Positions 19,759 to 30,994 of a DNA stretch of 64,000 nt are shown here, piece after piece. This DNA is from an uncultured Bacteroidaceae bacterium (lineage in GTDB: Bacteria; Bacteroidota; Bacteroidia; Bacteroidales; Bacteroidaceae): NCBI GenBank assembly GCA_964452915.1, contig CAYVNW010000008.1, positions 4,425-68,424 of the forward strand, read 5' to 3'. The translations under genes were made by a program, and so were the position numbers. Position 1 is the first letter of the stretch. Each line of letters opens with the position of its first letter. The notes below the pieces were generated by a model, which saw only the letters and a program-made list of their open reading frames with translations, made no database searches and was not told where the DNA came from.

Positions 19759-21009
19759 ATGAATATTAGAGATTACAACTTCGATGGAAAGAAAGCCATC
19801 GTACGCGTGGACTTCAACGTGCCAATTCAAGATGGCAAAATCACAGACATGACACGTATCAACGGAGCGTTGCCTACACTCAAGCTGATTCTTGATAAAG
19901 GAGGTTCGCTTATCATCATGTCGCACATGGGCAAGCCAAAAGGCAAAGTAAAGCCTGAATTGTCACTCTCACAGATCGTCGATGCAGTCAGCAAAGCTCT
20001 CGGAGTACCTGTAAAATTCGCTTCAGACTGCGCAAAAGCCGATGAAGCAGCAGCAAGTTTGAAGAAAGGTGAAGTATTACTCCTTGAAAACCTTCGCTTC
20101 TATCCTGAAGAAGAAGGAAAACCTGTCGGAATAGACAAGGAAGATCCTGGCTATGAAGCAGCAAAAAAAGAAATGAAAGAACGCCAGAAGGCATTTGCGA
20201 AGAAACTCGCCAGCTATGCCGACTGTTATGTAATGGATGCTTTCGGTACTGCACACCGCAAACATGCTTCAACAGCAGTAATTGCAGACTACTTTGACAA
20301 AGACAACAAGATGTTAGGACTTCTCATGGAGAAGGAAGTACAGGCCGTAGACAATGTGCTCAAAAACATCAAGCGTCCGTTCGTAGCTATCATGGGAGGC
20401 TCAAAAGTATCATCAAAGATAGGAATCATAGAAAACTTGCTCGGCAAAGTTGACAAACTGATTCTTTGTGGCGGTATGACATATACATTCACTAAGGCGC
20501 ATGGTGGCAGCATAGGTAACTCAATCGTAGAGCTTGACAAACTCGATGTAGCTCTCAATGTAGAGAAACTTGCCAAAGAAAACGGAGTAGAACTCATTTT
20601 GGGTACAGACTCCATTTGCGGTGATTCGTTCAGCAACGATGCAAAACAACTGATTTGTCCATCAAATGCCATACCTGACGGATGGGAAGGACTCGACGCC
20701 GGTCCTGAGACCCAGAAAGCATTTGCAAAAGCGATCAAGGGAGCAAAAACCATTCTTTGGAACGGTCCGGCAGGAGTATTTGAGTTTGACAACTTCTGCG
20801 CAGGCTCACGTGCAGTAGGCGAAGCAGTTGCCGAAGCAACAGCCGAAGGAGCGTTCTCACTCATCGGCGGTGGTGATTCAGTAGCTTGCGTCAACAAGTT
20901 CGGTCTTGCAGACAAGGTTTCATACATTTCCACCGGAGGCGGCGCACTGTTAGAGGCCATTGAAGGCAAAGTACTTCCAGGAGTTGCAGCCATCACAGGC
21001 GAAGAATAA
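19759..21009 (+). CDS. pgk: phosphoglycerate kinase
   Basis: [35 protein letters not shown]. Confidence 0.97.
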   Translation: MNIRDYNFDGKKAIVRVDFNVPIQDGKITDMTRINGALPTLKLILDKGGSLIIMSHMGKPKGKVKPELSLSQIVDAVSKALGVPVKFASDCAKADEAAASLKKGEVLLLENLRFYPEEEGKPVGIDKEDPGYEAAKKEMKERQKAFAKKLASYADCYVMDAFGTAHRKHASTAVIADYFDKDNKMLGLLMEKEVQAVDNVLKNIKRPFVAIMGGSKVSSKIGIIENLLGKVDKLILCGGMTYTFTKAHGGSIGNSIVELDKLDVALNVEKLAKENGVELILGTDSICGDSFSNDAKQLICPSNAIPDGWEGLDAGPETQKAFAKAIKGAKTILWNGPAGVFEFDNFCAGSRAVGEAVAEATAEGAFSLIGGGDSVACVNKFGLADKVSYISTGGGALLEAIEGKVLPGVAAITGEE

Positions 21010-21049
21010 AACCAAAAGTGTACATATTCCATGCACGTAACAACTTGAC

Positions 21050-21778
21050 ATGAAATTTATACATACATTGTTTTATACTGTCGTACTGTACATGCTTTGT
21101 TCGTGTCAGTACGGCAGTTTCACTAATAATAAACAAACCGACTCTGACTCGCTGGCAATCCACATAGCTATATTGCCTACAAAAGAATGCGAGCCATTCC
21201 GCAACGCGATGGAACAAGGATTATTTGATTCGTTGGGAGTCGAAGTGTGTCTTGATACATTTATGTCAGCCATGGATGCCGATACAGCCTTCATGAACGG
21301 TAGTGCCCACATGCTTGTCACCGATTCTATTAAGACAATGTATTTACAAGCCCAATTAAAAGAAGACTCAATTATATCAGTTATTTCCGACAGTCTTACA
21401 CTGTCGGTGATGACAACAAAAACATCGCGCATAAAATCAATTAAGAATTTGAAGGAACGGATAATTGCGGTGACGCGCAACTCAGCTGTCGACAATTATG
21501 CAGACGAGATAATGGACCGGGCAAAGATCAACAGAGAATTCCTTAACCGGCCTCAAATAAACGACATAGTGTTAAGAGCGAAAATGCTTAACCTCAACCA
21601 ATATGACGGAGCAATATTACCCGAGCCATTCGCCACAGAATGTGCAGAGAAAGGAGCAAATCGCATCGCTACATCTACAAAAGCGGTCATGCGAGTAATC
21701 GTCAAAAAAACAACATACGAGAAATATAACGAAAAAATGAATAAAATCATTTTTGCATATAACCAAACACATGGCTAA
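21050..21778 (+). CDS. hypothetical lipoprotein (possibly periplasmic-binding-protein-like fold)
   Basis: Lipobox MLCSC. Weak resemblance to NMT1/SsuA-type binding proteins. Family not established. Confidence 0.55.
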   Translation: MKFIHTLFYTVVLYMLCSCQYGSFTNNKQTDSDSLAIHIAILPTKECEPFRNAMEQGLFDSLGVEVCLDTFMSAMDADTAFMNGSAHMLVTDSIKTMYLQAQLKEDSIISVISDSLTLSVMTTKTSRIKSIKNLKERIIAVTRNSAVDNYADEIMDRAKINREFLNRPQINDIVLRAKMLNLNQYDGAILPEPFATECAEKGANRIATSTKAVMRVIVKKTTYEKYNEKMNKIIFAYNQTHG

Positions 21779-23990
21779 CAACAGCATTTACAACGAACTA
21801 CAGTCTAAACACATGATCGAGGCGTTTGCCATGCTCACAACAAAAGTGAACAGTTTAAACGACTGGCAACTTCAAGAAGAGCTTGAGCAAGCCGAATCTA
21901 CATACAACAACATGCTTTCTTTCATTGCGAAGGGAGTAAAAGACCCAGACAGGCACCGTATATTATACGGGGTTATTAGGGCTGCATATTCCATTAATGA
22001 CAGGGCAAACATTGAAATCCGACTTAAAAAACATCCAGCAGACAGATATTGTAAAAAAATCGCCGAATTCATGTCAGAGCCGTTGGATAATGCAGGAATA
22101 CAAAAGGCACTCGACAACATTGGAGAAGAGACTGATAATGTAAAACATAGTACAGACAAGAGTTTTAACGAAAGCTCATTATCAACAGATTTTTTCCCAC
22201 AAGACAAACTGATAGGACAGATTTTTGACCGGATATGGACTTCACAACTATGGGACCAAAGCGATTATTCCATGTATCTTAGTATAATTAGCGATGATAA
22301 AATTCCATCGCTAGTCCGTTCAATAATAATAAGTGCAGTAACACTTGCGGCATTCGAGATATTCGATCAGAATAAGATAATGCTTTTGTTCGACGCATAC
22401 CTTGACAAAGACACACAGATAAGCCAAAGAGCCTTGGTAGGACTTCTACTCTTGATTGTGAGGTACGACAGTCGTATACTTTTTTACCCACAAATAGAAA
22501 CCAGATTCGATCTGTACGCAGAAAACCAACAATTCGTACACGATTGCTTCCGTATTCTGAAACAATTACAATATAGTAATTTTACTGATATCGTTGCCAT
22601 GAAGATGGCAACCGACATCATACCTGCAATAATGAATTCTCCAAAATACACACCAATCAAGCACATTCGTCTTGACAAACAGACTGATGAAAACGAGGAG
22701 AATCCCGAATGGACAGCAAATACAGAAAAGGACAACAAGGCAGAAAAGAAAATACAACAGATATCAGAACTGCAGCAAGATGGAGCTGATGTTTATTGGA
22801 GTACATTCAGAAACCTCAAACGCCTCCCATTTTTTAATAGCATGCATCATTGGTTCGTTCCGTTCGCCAACAATATGCAGGCAGTCCAAAACATCTTGAA
22901 GAATTTGAGACCTCAAACAATAAGTATAATTCAACGACTGTTCTCAATACCCACATTTTGTGATAGTGACAAATACTCCTTTTTAAATATGGTAGAAGCT
23001 ATGGACTCTAACACCCAAGACTTCACTGTAGACCAAATACAATCACAACTCGGAGACATTGACCCAGAGGCATCACAAGACATTGGCAAGAATAAAATTA
23101 CAGCCGAAAATACGTCAAGATTCTACATTCAGGACCTGTATCGTTTTTTCAAAATATATCCATTACAATCGCAATTCTTCGATCCATTCCGCAAAGGCCT
23201 TCCGCCTTTTGTACCTAACAAGTATCACTTGCTAAGCCGTTTAATTCCTGGTAATTACGATGAAGTACTTGCAATGGCAGACTTCATGATGAAATGGGAA
23301 CATTACACGAACGCCATCGAAATGTATAATTTACTTGATCCTAAAGCAAGAGAAGAGGATGCATACATATGGCAACGAATTGCGTTCTGCTATCAGAAAA
23401 TAGGAAACTTAGACATGGCAGTAAAAGAATATGAAACAGCATATAAGCTTCAACCTAACTCTGATTGGACATTAAAACATCTTGCCCAAACAGAATTTGA
23501 CAGCCACAAGTTTAAAGAGGCAGCAGGACACATTGACATGATACTTGAAAGAGACGACAAAAATCTGAAATGGCTGTTACTGAGGGCAAAGTGCTATATG
23601 AAACAAGGCGATTATGAAGGAAGCATTCCTGTGCTTTACAAAGCAGTATACATTGATGAGACATCAAATGACGCACAAAAATTATTGATTTACTCACTAA
23701 TTGAAACCGGCAACAGTCAAAAAGGCGAAAAGGTCGCAAAAGAGATGGTAGAGCATAATCCTACGACTGAAAGCCTGATCACTTTGGGTCACATGTTACT
23801 ATACAATCAAAAAGAGAAGGAGGCTTTCGACACATACTTAAAGTGTTACCAACGGATGCATAACAAAGAGACATTCAAGAAAATATTCTGGAACGAAGCC
23901 GACAACTTTATCCACGACACACAAGACGACACCTGTTTTCAACTGATGTTTGACGCTATCACAACATGGAAGGCAAAAACCGATGATTAG
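21771..23990 (+). CDS. large protein with C-terminal TPR repeats, N-terminal ~480 aa unassigned
   Basis: TPR-like repeats from about residue 500 (AIEMYNLLDPKAREEDAYIWQRIAFCYQKIGNLDMAVKEYETAYKLQPN...). ATG 21771 overlaps the upstream stop (ATGGCTAA). Confidence 0.75.
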   Translation: MANNSIYNELQSKHMIEAFAMLTTKVNSLNDWQLQEELEQAESTYNNMLSFIAKGVKDPDRHRILYGVIRAAYSINDRANIEIRLKKHPADRYCKKIAEFMSEPLDNAGIQKALDNIGEETDNVKHSTDKSFNESSLSTDFFPQDKLIGQIFDRIWTSQLWDQSDYSMYLSIISDDKIPSLVRSIIISAVTLAAFEIFDQNKIMLLFDAYLDKDTQISQRALVGLLLLIVRYDSRILFYPQIETRFDLYAENQQFVHDCFRILKQLQYSNFTDIVAMKMATDIIPAIMNSPKYTPIKHIRLDKQTDENEENPEWTANTEKDNKAEKKIQQISELQQDGADVYWSTFRNLKRLPFFNSMHHWFVPFANNMQAVQNILKNLRPQTISIIQRLFSIPTFCDSDKYSFLNMVEAMDSNTQDFTVDQIQSQLGDIDPEASQDIGKNKITAENTSRFYIQDLYRFFKIYPLQSQFFDPFRKGLPPFVPNKYHLLSRLIPGNYDEVLAMADFMMKWEHYTNAIEMYNLLDPKAREEDAYIWQRIAFCYQKIGNLDMAVKEYETAYKLQPNSDWTLKHLAQTEFDSHKFKEAAGHIDMILERDDKNLKWLLLRAKCYMKQGDYEGSIPVLYKAVYIDETSNDAQKLLIYSLIETGNSQKGEKVAKEMVEHNPTTESLITLGHMLLYNQKEKEAFDTYLKCYQRMHNKETFKKIFWNEADNFIHDTQDDTCFQLMFDAITTWKAKTDD

Positions 23991-24693
23991 TAAAAATCAA
24001 ATAAAGTTCATTCGCAGTCTCGAGCAGAAAAAATACAGAGACAAGTATGGTGTTTTTATTGCCGAAGGACCAAAACTTATTAATGAGTTAAAAGACAAAT
24101 TCGAGCTCATGGATCTCTATGAAGGTGACGATGTAAAGAAAATCAGCCTATTAGACAATCCACAAGGGCAATTCGCTCTTTTTAAGCAAAGAATGGAAGA
24201 CAGTGAAAGCCAAGCAAAGCCCAACACAGAATTATGCCTCGCACTCGATGACGTACAAAACCCAGGCAATATGGGCACAATCATACGAATTGCCGATTGG
24301 TTCGGCATCGAGCAGATTTTCTGCTCTCCGGCTTGTGCCGATATATACAATCCCAAAGTGGTCCAAGCGACAATGGGTGGACTGGCAAGAGTACATGTAA
24401 CATATTGTGACCTTGCAAAACTTATCATGCAACTTGATCAACAGGTTCCAACATTCGGTACATTCCTTGACGGTACGAATATTTACGAGTCTGAGTTGTC
24501 AGAAATCGGGTTAATCGTAATGGGAAACGAAGGTCACGGAATATCTGATGAAGTCAGATCACTGGTAACCAACCACGTTCTAATTCCGAACTATCCTTTG
24601 GGCCGCACAACAAGCGACTCATTAAACGTAGCCGTAGCAACTGCGATAGTCTGTGCAGAATTCAGAAGGAGGAACATAGTTACTAAAATATAA
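23983..24693 (+). CDS. TrmH/SpoU-family RNA 2'-O-methyltransferase
   Basis: VQNPGNMGTIIRIADWFG, GNEGHGIS, SLNVAVATAI. ATG overlaps the upstream stop (ATGATTAG). Confidence 0.85.
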   Translation: MISKNQIKFIRSLEQKKYRDKYGVFIAEGPKLINELKDKFELMDLYEGDDVKKISLLDNPQGQFALFKQRMEDSESQAKPNTELCLALDDVQNPGNMGTIIRIADWFGIEQIFCSPACADIYNPKVVQATMGGLARVHVTYCDLAKLIMQLDQQVPTFGTFLDGTNIYESELSEIGLIVMGNEGHGISDEVRSLVTNHVLIPNYPLGRTTSDSLNVAVATAIVCAEFRRRNIVTKI

Positions 24694-24695
24694 TT

Positions 24696-27038
24696 ATGAC
24701 AAGGCACTTTCACATATTCAATACAAAATTGACAGTTTCACATATTGCTATAATACAGCTGTTGATTTTATCTGTCACATCATGCTCAGTGGAACGTTTC
24801 ATCTCCGACGATGAGTTATTCCTCAAAGATGTCAGTGTAGTATCAACAAAGAACAAGGCAACAAAGAACCTGTCACTGTCCGACTATGTCCTGCAAAATC
24901 CAAACAGGAAATGGTTCGGTGCCAAAGTGCCATTAAAAATCTATTGCTTAAGTGGTGTCGACACCACAAATTGGGCAACCTGCTTCTTCCGTAAGATAGG
25001 AGAACAACCCGTAATATACGATAGCCTGAAAGCGCAAAAGACAGAACTCGACATTAAGCAGGTGTTGTATAACGAAGGTTATATGCAATCATCGGTTGTA
25101 CAAGAAAAAGAAATAAAGGGCAAGAAACTAACGCTTACATATCATGTAGAACCAGGCAATCAATACACAATCCACAACATACACCGCAATGTTCTTGACA
25201 CCGAACTTCGTACAATTATCTGCGGAGCCGACACCATACAGTCGTTACTGCAAAAAGGCATGCCATTCAATATCAACCGGCTCAATGAAGAGCGCAACCG
25301 CATTACCACAAAACTCAGAGATGAAGGGTATTTCAAATTTAACAAGGAATATATCACATTCATGGCCGATACGTGTGAAGGCAGTACAGCAGTTGACATC
25401 ACGATGAATGTACGCCTACAACTTGAAAACGGACGCTCAACACCTCAATTACACCAAAAATATCATATTGGCAAGATAAATTATTTTGTTGATACAAACG
25501 GAGTAACTGACACACTCTCGCTCAAAAAAGTAAAGCATAATGGTTACAATATATTCTATAGCAACAAATTACGATTCCGACCAAGTCTGCTCACATCCAA
25601 TACGCTATTAAAACCGGGATATATATATAACGATGACATGCAAAAACTCACATACCGATATTTTACCCGCCTACATGCAATCACATACTCAAATATAAAG
25701 TTTAACGAAGCAGACAGTGCACAAGACAGCAACGGCATACTCGATTGCAATATCATACTGAATCATGCTGCATCCAAATCAATAAGCTTCGACATAGAAG
25801 GCACGAATTCAGCAGGAGACCTTGGAGTGGCAGCAAGTGCCTCGTTGCAACACAAGAATCTATTCAAAGGATCAGAAACTTTGACCCTTAAACTTCGTGG
25901 AGCATATGAGGCAATAACAGGACTGGAGGGATATGAAGGTCACAACTATATTGAATTTGGAGGCGAGGCGACACTCGGCTTTCCAGGCTTTCTGCTTCCA
26001 ATAGTCAGCAAGGAATTTGGAGCAGTCCACAATGCCACCTCTGAAATATCATTGCAATACAACTTACAAAACCGTCCAGAGTTCAACCGCAGAGTACTGA
26101 CAGCAGCATGGAGATACAGATGGAACAGCATCGACCAAAAAGAATCACACAGATTTGATCTGCTCGAAGTAAACTACGTGTACATGCCGTGGATGTCACG
26201 AACATTCAGGGAGACATATCTTGACTCATTAGGTAAGACTAATGCCATATTAAAATATAATTATGAGAACCTGCTTATAACAAAACTGGGCTATACATAT
26301 TCGTATAATTCATTAGGAAGCTCTACCACCAGCACTTATGGCAAGAACGCATATACATTAAAAATCAATCTTGAGACTTCTGGTAATGTATTGGGACTGC
26401 TCACACGCTGGATTGACACAAAAACTAACGACGAAGGACAACGGACCTTTTGCGGTATAGCATATGCACAATACGTGAAAGGAGATTTCGACTGGGCAAA
26501 AAGTTTCAGAATAGACAAGAATAATTCCGTGGCATTGCATTTTGCCTGCGGTATAGCCTATCCTTACGGAAACTCGGATATACTGCCTTTTGAAAAACGC
26601 TATTTTGCCGGTGGAGCTAACAGCGTGCGAGGCTGGTCGGTACGCTCATTAGGTCCAGGAAAATACAACGGAGCAGACAAAGGCATAAACTTCATCAACC
26701 AATCGGGTGACATCAAACTTGACATTAACTTAGAATACCGTGCATTCCTCTTTTGGAAACTGAACGGAGCCCTATTTATTGACGGAGGAAACGTATGGAC
26801 TATACGTAGCTACAAAGACCAACCTGGCGGAGAATTCAAATTTAATGAATTCTTCAAGCAACTCGCTTTCTCATATGGCGTCGGCTTACGCATGAACCTT
26901 GATTTCTTTATCTTACGTTTTGACGCAGGAATGAAAGCCATCAATCCAGCCTTTACCGGACGGAATCACTATCCAATTATACATCCGAACTTCGACAGAG
27001 ACTTTGCTCTCCACTTTGCAGTCGGACTCCCATTCTAA
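24696..27038 (+). CDS. BamA/TamA-family (Omp85) outer-membrane protein
   Basis: 780 aa with a signal-anchor N-terminus. C-terminal surface-antigen barrel (RYFAGGANSVRGWSVRSLGPG, terminal GLPF). Confidence 0.85.
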   Translation: MTRHFHIFNTKLTVSHIAIIQLLILSVTSCSVERFISDDELFLKDVSVVSTKNKATKNLSLSDYVLQNPNRKWFGAKVPLKIYCLSGVDTTNWATCFFRKIGEQPVIYDSLKAQKTELDIKQVLYNEGYMQSSVVQEKEIKGKKLTLTYHVEPGNQYTIHNIHRNVLDTELRTIICGADTIQSLLQKGMPFNINRLNEERNRITTKLRDEGYFKFNKEYITFMADTCEGSTAVDITMNVRLQLENGRSTPQLHQKYHIGKINYFVDTNGVTDTLSLKKVKHNGYNIFYSNKLRFRPSLLTSNTLLKPGYIYNDDMQKLTYRYFTRLHAITYSNIKFNEADSAQDSNGILDCNIILNHAASKSISFDIEGTNSAGDLGVAASASLQHKNLFKGSETLTLKLRGAYEAITGLEGYEGHNYIEFGGEATLGFPGFLLPIVSKEFGAVHNATSEISLQYNLQNRPEFNRRVLTAAWRYRWNSIDQKESHRFDLLEVNYVYMPWMSRTFRETYLDSLGKTNAILKYNYENLLITKLGYTYSYNSLGSSTTSTYGKNAYTLKINLETSGNVLGLLTRWIDTKTNDEGQRTFCGIAYAQYVKGDFDWAKSFRIDKNNSVALHFACGIAYPYGNSDILPFEKRYFAGGANSVRGWSVRSLGPGKYNGADKGINFINQSGDIKLDINLEYRAFLFWKLNGALFIDGGNVWTIRSYKDQPGGEFKFNEFFKQLAFSYGVGLRMNLDFFILRFDAGMKAINPAFTGRNHYPIIHPNFDRDFALHFAVGLPF

Positions 27039-27169
27039 TTACAGACAAGTTCAATCATAGCCTCTCAACACATATTCACAAAGAACAATCACAACGTTCT
27101 CAAATAGGAAAATCATCTGTTAGAAACGCTTTTTCCCATATTTATACAACTGAAACCGATTATTTTAGT

Positions 27170-27177
27170 TAACTTTG
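27170..27177 (+). promoter_or_regulatory. -7 promoter box TAnnTTTG (TAACTTTG)
   Basis: Exact match 51 nt upstream of the aspS ATG 27229. Confidence 0.6.
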
Positions 27178-27228
27178 CACGTTCTATATACGTTATATTA
27201 ATAAGGAAAAGACAAAAACAGTATAATT

Positions 27229-28986
27229 ATGTACAGATCACACACTTGTGGGGAGCTACGCCTGTCAAACGCAGGACAAACCGTCACCCTTGCAGGATGG
27301 GTACAACGCACACGTAAAATGGGAGGCATGACATTTATTGACCTCCGCGATCGTTACGGTATAACCCAGCTTGTATTTAACGAAGAAATCAATGCGTCGC
27401 TTTGTGAAGAAGCCAACAAATTAGGCCGTGAGTTCGTAATTCAGGTAATTGGAACAGTTAACGAACGATACAACAAGAATCATAACATTCCAACAGGAGA
27501 CATAGAGATAATCGTTGACAAGCTTACAGTTCTCAACGAAAGCGAAATACCACCTTTCACCATAGAAGACAACACAGACGGAGGCGATGACATACGTATG
27601 AAATATCGATATCTTGACTTACGCCGTACAGCAGTCCGCAAGAATCTGGAGTTACGCCATCGCATGTGTATCGAAATACGCAACTATCTCTCAAACCTCG
27701 GGTTTATTGAGGTAGAGACACCTGTGCTAATAGGCAGTACGCCTGAAGGTGCACGTGACTTTGTAGTTCCTTCACGAATGAATAAAGGACAATTCTATGC
27801 ACTTCCACAAAGCCCGCAGACATTGAAACAGTTACTTATGGTGGCAGGCTTCGACCGTTACTTCCAAATAGCAAAATGCTTCCGTGATGAGGACTTACGT
27901 GCCGACCGTCAGCCTGAGTTTACTCAAATAGACTGTGAAATGTCGTTTGTCACACAAGAAGACATTATTCAGACATTCGAAGGCATGGCAAAACATCTGT
28001 TTAAAGTCATTCGTGGCGTTGAGTTCAAAGAGCCATTCTTGCGCATGCCATGGATAGAGGCGATGCGCCGCTTTGGTAGTGACAAGCCTGATATGCGCTT
28101 TGGTATGGAATTCGTAGAACTGATGGATATCTTGCAGCTCGGAACATTTGCAGTGTTTGACAATGCCAAATATATCGGAGGAATATGTGCTCCAGGCTGT
28201 GCTGTATACACACGCAAACAACTTGACCAACTCACCGACTTCGTCAAACGTCCGCAAATCGGAGCAAAAGGTATGGTTTACGCACGTGTGTTGGATGACG
28301 GAAGCGTAAAATCGAGTGTTGACAAATTCTATACTCAAGAACAGCTTCAATCACTGAAGCAAAAAATGGGAGCAAAACCAGGAGACCTCATATTGATTCT
28401 CAGTGGCGACGACGCCATGAAGACCCGCAAACAACTTTGCGAACTTCGACTTGAAATGGGCAACAGGCTTGGTTTGCGTGACAAAAACAAATTCGCCCTT
28501 CTTTGGGTTACAGAGTTTCCAATGTTTGAATGGAGCGATGAAGAGAACCGCCTAATGGCGATGCATCACCCATTCACCCACCCTATGGATGAAGACATAG
28601 CACTTCTTGACACAAAACCAGAAGAAGTAAGAGCTGACGCCTACGACATGGTATGCAACGGTATAGAAGTAGGCGGAGGGTCAATACGAATCCATGATCC
28701 TAAGCTACAGGAAAAAATGTTTGAGATTCTTGGCTTCACTCCAGAAAAGGCACAGGAACAATTTGGATTCCTCATGAATGCATTCAAGTATGGAGCACCT
28801 CCACATGGAGGACTTGCATACGGGCTCGACCGCTGGGTCAGCATATTTGCGGGTCTCGACTCCATCCGTGACTGCATTGCATTCCCTAAGAACAACAGCG
28901 GAAGGGACGTGATGCTCGATGCGCCTGCAGCGTTAGATCAGAAACAGCTTGATGAACTTAGCATTAAGATAGATATAAAAGAATAA
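27229..28986 (+). CDS. aspS: aspartate--tRNA ligase
   Basis: [57 protein letters not shown]. Confidence 0.97.
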   Translation: MYRSHTCGELRLSNAGQTVTLAGWVQRTRKMGGMTFIDLRDRYGITQLVFNEEINASLCEEANKLGREFVIQVIGTVNERYNKNHNIPTGDIEIIVDKLTVLNESEIPPFTIEDNTDGGDDIRMKYRYLDLRRTAVRKNLELRHRMCIEIRNYLSNLGFIEVETPVLIGSTPEGARDFVVPSRMNKGQFYALPQSPQTLKQLLMVAGFDRYFQIAKCFRDEDLRADRQPEFTQIDCEMSFVTQEDIIQTFEGMAKHLFKVIRGVEFKEPFLRMPWIEAMRRFGSDKPDMRFGMEFVELMDILQLGTFAVFDNAKYIGGICAPGCAVYTRKQLDQLTDFVKRPQIGAKGMVYARVLDDGSVKSSVDKFYTQEQLQSLKQKMGAKPGDLILILSGDDAMKTRKQLCELRLEMGNRLGLRDKNKFALLWVTEFPMFEWSDEENRLMAMHHPFTHPMDEDIALLDTKPEEVRADAYDMVCNGIEVGGGSIRIHDPKLQEKMFEILGFTPEKAQEQFGFLMNAFKYGAPPHGGLAYGLDRWVSIFAGLDSIRDCIAFPKNNSGRDVMLDAPAALDQKQLDELSIKIDIKE

Positions 28987-29067
28987 TAATACAACCAACC
29001 ACCGACACGACAACAACAGGAAATAACCTGGTTTGTCGGGAAATAGTGTGATTAAAACAGAAGCAAC

Positions 29068-30993
29068 TTGGATAAGAAAACTATTATAGGCTTTGTCTTG
29101 ATGGCATTAGTGCTGGTATTGTTTATGGTATATGACAACTCTGCACGCAAGAACAAAGCAATTGAACAACAAAAAAAACAGGTGGTAGAAGCCATCGCCC
29201 AGCAGAAATCGGACAGCATAGCAAATGAAGTCGCAGAAAAGAAAGCCCTGAAGGAAATGGAGGAACTGACAGATTCCTCAAACGTCCTGTTCCAAGCACG
29301 CCAAGCAAACGAAGGATCAACCATCATTGAGAACGAACTGTTAAAGGTGACAATCAAAAACAAGGGAGGTCAATTGACGCGTGTGGAACTGAAAGACAAG
29401 ACCTACAAAAATCAACAAGGAGGTCAGGTCGCTCTCTTCGATAAAGACGACTCCAACATGTGCTTTCTGTTTGACGGGAAAGAAAACAACATAAAGACCG
29501 ACGAACTGTATTTTGCGCCATCGAATGTGACAGACTCATCAGTCGTCATGTCACTTCCTGTAGGACAAGGAAGTATCGACATTGCATACTGTCTCATACC
29601 AAACTCGTACATCCTGAAAATGGACATCAAGGCAAACAACCTTGACGGCTTCTTCTCGACAAAGACGAAGACGTTTGACATTATATGGGATGAGAACATG
29701 CGTCAGCAAGAAAAAGGTTGGGAGTTTGAGAACCGATACAGCACGATTACGACCAGGTCGACAGATGATGACACTGACGAACTAAGTTCGTCCGGTTCAG
29801 ACAAGGACAAAGACGAATTTGACGACGATGAAGACTACGAATGGGTAGCATTCAAGACACAATTCTTCAGCCAAATTCTTATTGCCGACACAAAGTTCGT
29901 CCCAACCCACTTAGCATCTAAACGGTTCAATAAAAAAGAGACAAAAGGTTACCTTAAATCATATAGTGCAGAATTGACCACCGAATTCGATACGGAGGGC
30001 AAGCGACCGACTCATCTGCACATGTACTTAGGACCGAATAAATTCTCCACCCTGAGTGAAAACGAGAAATTCATCACATCAGAAAAAGACCTTGACCTGC
30101 AAAGCATCGTATATCTCGGATGGCCACTCATAAAGTATATTAACCGCTTCTTCATGCTTTACTTCTTTGACTTCCTTACAAGTTTGGGAATAAACATGGG
30201 AATTGTATTGCTGATACTTACACTTGTTATCAAATTTGCCGTATTTCCTCTCATGCGCAAAAGCTATCTGTCTTCAGCACGAATGAGGGTATTGCGGCCT
30301 AAGATTGAAGAAATAAGCAAGAAATATCCAAAGCAAGAGGATGCAATGCAACGCCAGCAAGAAACGATGAAAGTATATTCTGAATACGGTGTAAGTCCAA
30401 TGGGCGGATGCCTGCCTATGCTTATACAGATGCCTATTTGGATTGCACTCTTCAACTTCATACCTAACGCAATCGAACTTCGCGGACAATCATTCCTTTG
30501 GGCAGATGACCTCAGTACATACGATGATGTGATAAACTGGGGGACATACATTTGGGGAATCGGCGACCACCTCAGTCTGTTCTGCGTACTCTGGTGTCTG
30601 TCGACTGTTGCCAACACATGGATAAGCATGCGGCAGCAAAGAGACAGTATGAGTCCGGACCAGGCGCAACAAATGAAGATGATGCAATGGATGTCATATC
30701 TTATGCCAATTATTTTCTTCTTCACATTCAATGACTACTCAGCAGGATTGAACTACTATTACTTCATATCAGGACTCATCTCCATACTCATGATGTGGTA
30801 TCTGCGCAAAACGACCGACGACACTAAGTTGCTTGCACAATTGGAAAAACGTTACCAAGAGCGAAAGGCGAACAACAGCGGCGTGCAAAAGACATCATCA
30901 CTGATGGGACGTTTACAAGCAATGGCTGAAAAGCAACAGGAAATAGTCAGACAACAGCAAGAAGAACAGCAACGCAAACAACATAAAAAATAA
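29068..30993 (+). CDS. yidC: membrane protein insertase YidC
   Basis: N-terminal TM, large periplasmic domain, and C-terminal 60-kDa insertase core (YGVSPMGGCLPMLIQMPIWIALF). The only in-frame start matching MDKKTIIG is TTG at 29068. Confidence 0.92.
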   Translation: MDKKTIIGFVLMALVLVLFMVYDNSARKNKAIEQQKKQVVEAIAQQKSDSIANEVAEKKALKEMEELTDSSNVLFQARQANEGSTIIENELLKVTIKNKGGQLTRVELKDKTYKNQQGGQVALFDKDDSNMCFLFDGKENNIKTDELYFAPSNVTDSSVVMSLPVGQGSIDIAYCLIPNSYILKMDIKANNLDGFFSTKTKTFDIIWDENMRQQEKGWEFENRYSTITTRSTDDDTDELSSSGSDKDKDEFDDDEDYEWVAFKTQFFSQILIADTKFVPTHLASKRFNKKETKGYLKSYSAELTTEFDTEGKRPTHLHMYLGPNKFSTLSENEKFITSEKDLDLQSIVYLGWPLIKYINRFFMLYFFDFLTSLGINMGIVLLILTLVIKFAVFPLMRKSYLSSARMRVLRPKIEEISKKYPKQEDAMQRQQETMKVYSEYGVSPMGGCLPMLIQMPIWIALFNFIPNAIELRGQSFLWADDLSTYDDVINWGTYIWGIGDHLSLFCVLWCLSTVANTWISMRQQRDSMSPDQAQQMKMMQWMSYLMPIIFFFTFNDYSAGLNYYYFISGLISILMMWYLRKTTDDTKLLAQLEKRYQERKANNSGVQKTSSLMGRLQAMAEKQQEIVRQQQEEQQRKQHKK

Positions 30994-30994
30994 T

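Noticed and set aside
20289-21032. 247-aa ORF antisense to pgk
   Set aside because: It lies entirely within the unambiguous pgk CDS on the opposite strand. The translation is Ser/Pro/Ala-rich and low-complexity, with no motifs. This is a typical shadow ORF.
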